Below, piece by piece: positions 1 to 6,899 of a DNA stretch of 64,000 bases; the stretch's first letter is position 1, and each line of letters begins with the position of its first letter. The translations under genes were made by a program, and so were the position numbers. The DNA is from Candidatus Parcubacteria bacterium. GTDB taxonomy: Bacteria; Patescibacteriota; Minisyncoccia; Minisyncoccales; JAGMDC01. The stretch is from assembly GCA_023131895.1 (NCBI GenBank), contig JAGLYZ010000001.1, positions 8,957 to 72,956 of the forward strand, given 5' to 3'. A model generated the notes under the pieces. It saw only the letters and a list, made by a program, of their open reading frames with translations. It did not search any database and was not told the DNA's origin.

Positions 1-1
1 A

Positions 2-1048
2 ATTGTTCATGGAGCTTATTGCAGTAAAGAAAAAGATGTTCTTACTGATTCAAGGCCGTCAACTGTTTCAGACCATGAAATTTATTTTGTAACTCCTACT
101 GGAGTTGGGACTTCCACTGATACGATTATAATTTCCTTTGACGGATCAAATGATGGTTTTGATCTTAGTAGCATTGTTCTTGCTGACATTGATTTAGCTG
201 TTGACGATGATAATAATTGTGATGGCGGTTGGACTCAAAAAACATTAGCAGATACTGCCACATCAAGTGTCTGGGGAGTGTCTGTGTCTACCAGTACAGA
301 TCAGATTACTTTTACTCCTCCTACAGATGCGAGCGCAGGGGAAATTGCTGCTGATAGATGTGTTCAAATTGAGATTGGAACAAACGCTGGCGGCAGTAAT
401 CAGATTACTAATCCTGCTGCCGGAGGCTGTGAAGGCGCTAGCAGTGTTTGCGATATTGATATATCAGGAGCTTTTGGAGACACTGGCAAGACCAAAGTAG
501 CGATTATTGCCGGGATAGCAGTTTCAGCAACTGTTTCTGAAACATTAACTTTTACTGCCACAGATAGCGCTATTGGTTTTGGTACATTAGATGCTAGTGA
601 AGTGCGTTATGCCACAGCGAATGAACAGGGCGCTACTAGTACTCCTGCAGCCGGCCAGCCAACACAGCTTTCTTTAACAACAAATGCTTCTGGCGGAGCG
701 ACCATTACTATAAAAGATGTGGGAAACGGAACAGATGCAGCTGGGTTATACAAATCAACAGCTACGGTAAAATTAATTCCTGCAGTAGCTTCCAGCCTTG
801 TAAGCACTAGTACAGAAGAGTATGGCGTGTATGGCAAGGATGCTTCCAGTTTGACCATTCATGAGGGATTTGATGATGATACAGTCTCTGATGTGGCAAT
901 CTCCAGGACCCCTCAAACTTTTGCCACTGCTGCAGCAGCTGTAAGCGGTGGTACGGTTGATGTTTCTATGAAAGCGTGCATTGCAGGCACTACTCCAGCT
1001 GGTTCCTATGCTGATACTGTTATTGTAATTGCTACGCCGACTTATTAA
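2..1048 (+). CDS. Secreted Thr/Ala/Gly-rich surface protein with a WxL-like C-terminal beta domain; 5' end cut by the window edge
   Basis: Frame 2 is open from base 2 to TAA at 1046-1048. The product is low-complexity and T/S/A/G-rich. The C-terminal layout (...VSETLTFTATDSAIGFGTL ... TITIKDVGNG ... AGSYADTVIVIATPTY*) resembles WxL-type surface domains but lacks the Trp residues. It lies next to a DUF916-like gene. Confidence 0.55.
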   Translation: MVHGAYCSKEKDVLTDSRPSTVSDHEIYFVTPTGVGTSTDTIIISFDGSNDGFDLSSIVLADIDLAVDDDNNCDGGWTQKTLADTATSSVWGVSVSTSTDQITFTPPTDASAGEIAADRCVQIEIGTNAGGSNQITNPAAGGCEGASSVCDIDISGAFGDTGKTKVAIIAGIAVSATVSETLTFTATDSAIGFGTLDASEVRYATANEQGATSTPAAGQPTQLSLTTNASGGATITIKDVGNGTDAAGLYKSTATVKLIPAVASSLVSTSTEEYGVYGKDASSLTIHEGFDDDTVSDVAISRTPQTFATAAAAVSGGTVDVSMKACIAGTTPAGSYADTVIVIATPTY

Positions 1049-1168
1049 GGTAAATAAACTTAAGGCGAAAAATCCCTTTGGGTGCGATTTTTAGTTGGCA
1101 TCAGATTTGGACTTTATGCTAATAAAGATTGATTTTTTGCCTAAGTTTTGGTATAAGAGCTTTATAAA

Positions 1169-2107
1169 ATGAAAAGTGTAAAAGCAATACTTTTAATAGG
1201 TGTTTTAATATTTGTAGGAATAACAGGATTAGTTTTAGCTTTTCAGGTTAATGCTCAAGCAACAGGTATTACTATTTCTCCTTTAACTTTTGAATTGACA
1301 GCAAATCCAGGAGATGTGATTTCAAACAAGCTTAAGGTTTATAATCCAACTGACAGCACTATTGGCATAAAAATGGAAGTAGAGGATTTCAGGCCGGTTG
1401 GTGAAACAGGTCAGGTAATAGTCAGCCCTGAAGAGGAAGTAACTTATTCTTTAAAAAGATGGGTGGAAACAATACCTCCTGAATTTACTTTAAAACCAAG
1501 AGAACAGAAGTTTGTTGATTTTACTATAAATGTTCCGGAAAATGCTGAGCCAGGAGGACATTATGGTTCAATTTTAGCTTGTGTAACTGGAGCTATAGGC
1601 GAAGAAGTTACTGGAGTAGCATTGACTCAAAAAGTAGGAGGTTTGATTTTGTTAATGGTTTCAGGAGAATTAAAAGAAGAGTTAATTGTTAAAGAATTTT
1701 CATCTCCTTCTTTTTTAGAATACGGACCAGTGCTGTTCACTATTAGGTTTGAGAATAAAGGAACTATTCATGTACGGCCAAAAGGTTTTGTAACTATTAG
1801 CGACTGGCGCGGGAAAAAAGTAGCTGATGTTGCTTTTCCGCAAAACAATGTTATTCCAGGAGCAATAAGAAAAATTGAGGCTTCTTGGGATAAAAAATGG
1901 TTAGTAGGCCGCTATACTGCCACATTAGTAGGCAGTTACGGCACTGCTAATGTTCCGTTTAATCCGCCTGTCTTAACTTTCTGGGTTTTTCCTTGGAAAT
2001 TAGGTTTAGGCGCTTTGATAGCTTTATTAATAATAATGATTTTCTTTTATAAAACCAGAAAAAGGTGGAGATTGGCAATGAGAATATTAGTTAAAGGAGA
2101 ACAATAA
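1169..2107 (+). CDS. DUF916/DUF3324 (CscA)-like cell-surface protein with signal peptide and C-terminal TM anchor
   Basis: N-terminal signal (LIGVLIFVGITGLVLAFQVNAQA). Two beta-sandwich-like halves (ISPLTFELTANPGDVISNKLKVYNPTD...; FTLKPREQKFVDFTINVPENAEPGGHYGSI; FTIRFENKGTIHVRPKG). C-terminal TM (LGLGALIALLIIMIFFY) followed by KTRKRWR. Confidence 0.6.
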   Translation: MKSVKAILLIGVLIFVGITGLVLAFQVNAQATGITISPLTFELTANPGDVISNKLKVYNPTDSTIGIKMEVEDFRPVGETGQVIVSPEEEVTYSLKRWVETIPPEFTLKPREQKFVDFTINVPENAEPGGHYGSILACVTGAIGEEVTGVALTQKVGGLILLMVSGELKEELIVKEFSSPSFLEYGPVLFTIRFENKGTIHVRPKGFVTISDWRGKKVADVAFPQNNVIPGAIRKIEASWDKKWLVGRYTATLVGSYGTANVPFNPPVLTFWVFPWKLGLGALIALLIIMIFFYKTRKRWRLAMRILVKGEQ

Positions 2108-2131
2108 TTTCTGAATCAATATTAAAAATGA

Positions 2132-3085
2132 ATGTTTTTTTTAAAGAAAAAGAAAAACCAAGAAATAGAGCTTGAAAAAAGAAAAAAAGATTTTTTTTCA
2201 CGGTTTTGTTTAACATATAAAGCCGTTTTTTTATTTTCAATTACATTTTCTATTTTATTATTTGCTTTTTCATTTTGCCAAGCCCTTGATCCAATAGAGG
2301 AAGGCATAAGTATTTCTGCAGTTGTAGAAGGCGTTGCTCCTCCTCCCTCTGCTGGAGGAGGGCCTATATTGCAATCCACAGTTGTTTTTAATGGAAAAGC
2401 ATATCCTGGAGCTTTAGTCACTATTTTAAGAAATGGCTCAATAGCTTCAACTTTAACAGCTGATTCTTCTGCTGAGTTTTCAGCAACCTTAACTGGAATT
2501 CCGTCTGGCTTTAGGATTTTTTCGCTTTGGGCTGAAGATAAAGAAGGGAAAAAATCACCAACTCTAAGTTTTAGTGTTTATTTAACAAACAGAACAAGCA
2601 CTACTTTTGCTGGATTATTTTTGGCACCGACTATTAATTTGAGTTCCTTTGAGATTTCTAAAGGAGAAGTTTTGGATATATACGGTTATACTGCTCCAAA
2701 AGCTGAAGTTAATATTTTTATCAATAATGGTTCAGAAGAAATTGTTTTGAGGACTAAATCTGATACTGATGGATTCTGGCTTTATTCGCTTGATACTTCT
2801 ATAATAAAAAAAGCAGGTTATTCGGTTAGAGCAAGATCAACATCTTCTACAGGAGAGATTTCAATGTTCTCCGAGTCTTTAGATTTTGAAGTTCTACCTG
2901 AAGGAATTGCTGTTTGCTGCGGAGCTGACATAAACTGCGATAACAGAATAGATATTGTTGATTTTTCAATTATGCTTTTCTGGTGGGAGTCAAAAGAAAT
3001 TAAAGACCCCTGCGTTGACATTAATTTAGACAATGAAGTAAATCTTGTTGACTTTTCCATTATGCTTTATTACTGGACAGGGTAA
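2132..3085 (+). CDS. Secreted protein with a C-terminal type I dockerin-like duplicated Ca-binding repeat
   Basis: Hydrophobic N-terminal segment ending ...FSFCQA. The C-terminus carries two tandem segments, DINCDNRIDIVDFSIMLFWW and DINLDNEVNLVDFSIMLYYW, matching the D-x-N-x-D-x-x-(I/V)-(D/N)-x-x-D-F pattern of dockerin F-hand repeats. Confidence 0.7.
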   Translation: MFFLKKKKNQEIELEKRKKDFFSRFCLTYKAVFLFSITFSILLFAFSFCQALDPIEEGISISAVVEGVAPPPSAGGGPILQSTVVFNGKAYPGALVTILRNGSIASTLTADSSAEFSATLTGIPSGFRIFSLWAEDKEGKKSPTLSFSVYLTNRTSTTFAGLFLAPTINLSSFEISKGEVLDIYGYTAPKAEVNIFINNGSEEIVLRTKSDTDGFWLYSLDTSIIKKAGYSVRARSTSSTGEISMFSESLDFEVLPEGIAVCCGADINCDNRIDIVDFSIMLFWWESKEIKDPCVDINLDNEVNLVDFSIMLYYWTG

Positions 3086-3110
3086 TTTAATTAAAAGTTT
3101 AAAGTTAAAA

Positions 3111-4283
3111 ATGCAAAGTTATAATTCAAAATTAAAAATTTCTTATTTTCTGATTTTAGTTTTTAGCTTTTCATTTTTAGTTTTTAATTATTGCCAAGCG
3201 GCGGTGTTTTATTTAATGCCTCAAGCGCAAACTGTTTATCAGGGCGATTCTTTTATTGTTGAAATAAGATTAGACACTGAAGAAGAAGAAATAAATACTG
3301 TTAAAGCAAATTTGATATTTCCTTCTGATTTGTTAGAAGTTGTTGATATTAATAAAGGAGGTTCTATATTGGCTCTTTGGCCTGAAGAGCCGGATGTTTC
3401 TAATAATGAAATATATTTTCTTGGAGGCGTTCCGGGCGGATTTAAAGGAGATGGAATAATTGCCAGAGTTATTTTTACAGGAAAAGAAATTAGCGGGGCA
3501 GAAGTTAGCTTTAAAGAAGCTTGCCATGTTTTATTAAATGACGGGCATGGCACTTCAGCTGATTTGAGTTTGCTTGGAGCGAGTTATGACATTATTGAAA
3601 AAACACAAGCTTGGCCGCTTATTTTTTCAACTACTCATCCAGACCAAAACAAATGGTCAAAATCAAGCACATTTCATATTCATTGGGATTTAGTTGAAGA
3701 AGCCGAATATAGTTATCTTTTAAGCCAGGACTCTTTGGCTGAACCTGATAATATTCTTGATAAGCCGGAAGGAGAATTGGTTTGGATGGGCGATATGAAG
3801 TATGTTGGTTTGGAAGACGGAATTTATTATTTTACTTTAAAGCAGAAAGACCCTGACCAGAGTTGGTCAGAGAAAATCACTTACAGGGCAATGATTGATT
3901 CTGCTGCTCCTGAAGAATTTAGTTTAAAGATTGCTCAAGACCAGAGTCTATTTGAAGAAAAATACTTTTTAAATTTTTTTACCACTGACAAGGGTTCAGG
4001 CATAGATTATTACAAAATAAAAGAAGGCAAAAGAGATTGGAAAACAATAAGCAGCCCTTATTTATTAGAAGACCAAGGACTACAGAGCATTATAAAAGTA
4101 GCAGCAGTAGATAAGGCTGGAAATGAAAGAATAGCAGAATATCTACCTTCAGAGACAAAGAAACTATTCCCTTGGCAGATAATTATTTTGATTCTGGCTG
4201 TGATTGGAGTAATTTGGTTGATTATTAAAAGAATTAGCGCGAAACCACTCGAAACAAAGACGCGAAACCACACAAAAGTTTAG
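3111..4283 (+). CDS. Membrane-anchored cohesin-like domain surface protein, paralogue 1
   Basis: I prefer the ATG at 3111 (MQSYNSKLKISYFLILVFSFSFLVFNYCQA signal) to the upstream 3045 start, which overlaps the previous gene. Cohesin-like module (VYQGDSFIVEIRLDTEEEEINTVKANLIFPSDLLEVVDI...GGVPGG...ARVIFTGKE...VLLNDGHGT), THPDQNKWS module, DGIYYF module, SGIDYY Ig-like module and C-terminal TM. Confidence 0.7.
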   Translation: MQSYNSKLKISYFLILVFSFSFLVFNYCQAAVFYLMPQAQTVYQGDSFIVEIRLDTEEEEINTVKANLIFPSDLLEVVDINKGGSILALWPEEPDVSNNEIYFLGGVPGGFKGDGIIARVIFTGKEISGAEVSFKEACHVLLNDGHGTSADLSLLGASYDIIEKTQAWPLIFSTTHPDQNKWSKSSTFHIHWDLVEEAEYSYLLSQDSLAEPDNILDKPEGELVWMGDMKYVGLEDGIYYFTLKQKDPDQSWSEKITYRAMIDSAAPEEFSLKIAQDQSLFEEKYFLNFFTTDKGSGIDYYKIKEGKRDWKTISSPYLLEDQGLQSIIKVAAVDKAGNERIAEYLPSETKKLFPWQIIILILAVIGVIWLIIKRISAKPLETKTRNHTKV

Positions 4284-4317
4284 CGTAGTTTAGCGTAAAG
4301 TTTAGCGTAGTTTAGCG
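4238..4317. repeat. Paralogue-junction element 1: cgcgaaac-type x3, then agtttagcg x4 (mutually complementary arms)
   Basis: cgcgaaac at 4238 and 4261, tcgaaac at 4249 (within ctcgaaac at 4248). gtttagcg at 4278, 4288, 4300 and 4310 (spacing 10/12/10). It spans the stop codon of paralogue 1. Confidence 0.8.
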
Positions 4318-4323
4318 ATTTTA

Positions 4324-5529
4324 ATGGAGAGATTGTTTTCTATATTATTTATCTTAATACTTTTTTTTATTATTCCATTCTCGGTTTCTGGGGCTTCGGC
4401 TTCGCTTTATCTTTCACCTTCTTCGGGAAGTTTTTTGGTAGGAAGCACTTTTACTGTTTCTATATTTTTAGATACTGAAGGAAATGACATAAACGTGGTT
4501 TGGGCAGAGTTAAAGTTTAATCCGGAAATTTTACAGATTACTTCGCCAACTGCTGGCAATTCTTTTATTTCTGAATGGATATTGCCTCCGAATTATTCAA
4601 ACAAAAAAGGGATAATAAGTTTCAGGGGAGGCATACCAGAAGGAATTAGCACTTCAGCAGGACTGGTTTCTTCTGTCGCTTTTCGGGCAAAGGCCTCTGG
4701 CACTGCAAAAATTGAGTTTACAAAAGAATCCAGAGTTCTTTTAAACGATGGAAAAGGCACGAATGTTCTTACTAATAAAATTAACGGAGAATATCAGGTT
4801 TTAATTCCAATGCCAGAGGGTCCAGTTGTTTTTTCTCCCACTCATCCGAGTCCAAATGTTTGGTATTCTGATTCAAGCCCGGCTTTTAGTTGGGAAAAAG
4901 AGCAAGGAATAAGTGATTTTTCCTGGAGTTTTGATGAAAATCCAAAGAGCAGGCCAGACACTAAAGGAGAAGGAATCCAAACAATGGCATCTTTTTCCGA
5001 TATAGAGGATGGAATTTGGTATTTTCATTTAAGGCAAAATAAAAAAGGAATTTGGGGCAAGACCTCTTCTGCGGCAGTGAGAATTGACACTAATCCTCCA
5101 AAGGAATTCTTTCCGAGAGTTGAAACATATTCACGTTTAGTTGGATATCAGACAATGGTTTATTTTGAGACAATTGATAATTTTTCAGGCATTGACCATT
5201 ACGAAGCAAGTATTATTGATTTAAGCTCTTCAGAATCTTTTCGTTCTTTTTTTTCTGAAGAAATAAGCCCTTATCGGGTTCCTTTTAAAAAAGCAGGCAA
5301 GTATAATGTCATTATAAAAGCAATAGACAGGGCTGGAAATATTAGAGAAAGCGAGGCCCGGTTTCGGATAATGACTCCTTTGATATCCCATATTGAAGGC
5401 AATGGATTGCAAATTAAAGGAGTTTTTTTACCTTGGTGGTTGATGGGATTTTTATTATCTTTTATAATTTTAGGACCAGTATTAATTGTTTGGTGGTTCT
5501 GGAAAAGATACCAGAAGTACACTCAATGA
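4324..5529 (+). CDS. Membrane-anchored cohesin-like domain surface protein, paralogue 2
   Basis: Same architecture as paralogue 1: signal peptide, ASLYLSPSSGSFLVGSTFTVSIFLDTEGNDINVVWAELKFNPEILQI..., THPSPNVWY, DGIWYFHL, SGIDHY and a C-terminal TM. Confidence 0.75.
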   Translation: MERLFSILFILILFFIIPFSVSGASASLYLSPSSGSFLVGSTFTVSIFLDTEGNDINVVWAELKFNPEILQITSPTAGNSFISEWILPPNYSNKKGIISFRGGIPEGISTSAGLVSSVAFRAKASGTAKIEFTKESRVLLNDGKGTNVLTNKINGEYQVLIPMPEGPVVFSPTHPSPNVWYSDSSPAFSWEKEQGISDFSWSFDENPKSRPDTKGEGIQTMASFSDIEDGIWYFHLRQNKKGIWGKTSSAAVRIDTNPPKEFFPRVETYSRLVGYQTMVYFETIDNFSGIDHYEASIIDLSSSESFRSFFSEEISPYRVPFKKAGKYNVIIKAIDRAGNIRESEARFRIMTPLISHIEGNGLQIKGVFLPWWLMGFLLSFIILGPVLIVWWFWKRYQKYTQ

Positions 5530-5547
5530 ATTTAATCCATCAATAGA

Positions 5548-5646
5548 CACTAATGACTAAACCACTAAAAAACACTAATATTAGACCAATAGGCACTAAA
5601 TATAAATTATTAGTGTTGATTAGTTTTATATTAGTGTGTATTAGCG
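5548..5646. repeat. Paralogue-junction element 2: cactaa-type x5, then ttagtg-type x4 (complementary arms)
   Basis: cactaa at 5548, 5563, 5573 and 5594, plus actaaa at 5556. ttagtg at 5610 and 5631, ttagtt at 5620, ttagcg at 5641. It spans the start codon and signal-peptide codons of paralogue 3. Confidence 0.8.
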
Positions 5647-6899
5647 GGCTGCCTTCTGTAGCAGAAGGAGCTGGCGCTTCTTTGTATTTTTCGCCAGGAA
5701 GCGGCACTTTTTTTATTGGAAGCACTTTTGATATTTCTATTTTTATCAACACAGGAGGCAATAATGTTAATGCTGTAAAAGTTGATTTAAAATTTGATCC
5801 AAAAAAACTGCAAATAGCCAGTCCAACAGCTGGAAAGTCATTTATTGCTGTTTGGGTTGCCCAGCCCGCTTATTCCAATATTGAAGGCACGGCTTCTTTC
5901 CAGGGAGGAGCGCCTTCTCCAGGAATTAATACTTCTTCTGGCTTAGTATCTACTATTACTTTCAGAGCTATTAGTCCGGGTGAAACCAGTATTTATTTTG
6001 CAGATTCTTCCAAGGTTCTTTTAGACGACGGTAAAGGAACCGACATTTTAACATCTTTAGGAAAAGGAGCTTATACATTAACTATTCCTCCGCCAGAAGG
6101 CCCTAAGATATTTTCCCATACACATCCTGACCAAAATAAATGGTATAAAAATAATACCCCGAATTTTAGCTGGGAAAAAGCAGAAATGGTAAATGCTTTT
6201 AGCTATAATATGAGCCGCAATTATTATGATGAACCAGATAATGTTTCTGAGGGGGAGCATAGTTCAATTTCTTTTGCTGATTTAGAAGATGGAATATGGT
6301 ATTTTTCTATAAAAGCAAGGCAAGGCGAACTTTGGGGCGGGATTAGCAGATATATTGTTCAGATTGATAAAAGCGCGCCAGCAAGTTTTGAACTCGTGTT
6401 TGATCCCGTGCTGCGTTCCCCGGTTTCTGTTTCTAAAGAACCAATAATTAGATTTATTACCACTGATGCGCTTTCAGGGCTTGAGCATTATACGTTAAAA
6501 CATATTGATTTGACTGGCAAAGAGAAAAAAGAAGGTTTTTTTGTGGAAGTGAGCAGTCCGTATAGAATGCCTGAGCTTGCCTTAGGAGAACATGAAATAA
6601 TAATTAGGGCTTTTGACGCAGCTGGCAATTATCAAGACAGTGCGGAGAAAATTGAAGTTATCCCGACTGAACAATTATTTTATGTTTCAAAAAATGGAAT
6701 AAATATTTTCAGCATTTTTATTTCTTGGTGGAAACTGATTTTAATCCTTATTATTATTCTAATTCTGATTTTGATATGTACATTTTTGTGGTGGCGCAAA
6801 AATAAGCGTTTAGAGCGAACAAAAAAATATCTCATAGGGGTTAAGGGAGAAGCAGAGAAAAATAGAGAGGAAATTAAAAGAAAATTAAATGGCATATGA
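5553..6899 (+). CDS. Membrane-anchored cohesin-like domain surface protein, paralogue 3
   Basis: ASLYFSPGSGTFFIGSTFDISIFINTGGNNVNAVKVDLKFDPKKLQI..., THPDQNKWY, DGIWYFSI, SGLEHY, a TM segment and a short basic/acidic tail. Its stop overlaps the next start (ATGA at 6896-6899). Confidence 0.75.
   Translation: MTKPLKNTNIRPIGTKYKLLVLISFILVCISGLPSVAEGAGASLYFSPGSGTFFIGSTFDISIFINTGGNNVNAVKVDLKFDPKKLQIASPTAGKSFIAVWVAQPAYSNIEGTASFQGGAPSPGINTSSGLVSTITFRAISPGETSIYFADSSKVLLDDGKGTDILTSLGKGAYTLTIPPPEGPKIFSHTHPDQNKWYKNNTPNFSWEKAEMVNAFSYNMSRNYYDEPDNVSEGEHSSISFADLEDGIWYFSIKARQGELWGGISRYIVQIDKSAPASFELVFDPVLRSPVSVSKEPIIRFITTDALSGLEHYTLKHIDLTGKEKKEGFFVEVSSPYRMPELALGEHEIIIRAFDAAGNYQDSAEKIEVIPTEQLFYVSKNGINIFSIFISWWKLILILIIILILILICTFLWWRKNKRLERTKKYLIGVKGEAEKNREEIKRKLNGI

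Noticed and set aside
267-500. 77-aa + strand ORF at 267..500 (out of frame with the surface-protein gene)
   Set aside because: It overlaps the long open frame that runs from the window edge to 1048, and its product is Leu-rich noise.
3045-3110. Upstream starts at 3045, 42650, 44972 and 58481 given in the ORF track
   Set aside because: Each would overlap the preceding gene by 14-50 nt and add a non-homologous N-terminal extension. Downstream ATGs (3111, 42680, 44999, 58529) begin exactly at the signal peptide or the conserved N-terminal motif.
4278-4317. CRISPR array (also considered for 31454-31511 and 23969-24000)
   Set aside because: The repeat units are only 8-27 nt, with 2-4 copies, and have no unique spacers of CRISPR length. 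No cas genes lie in the window.
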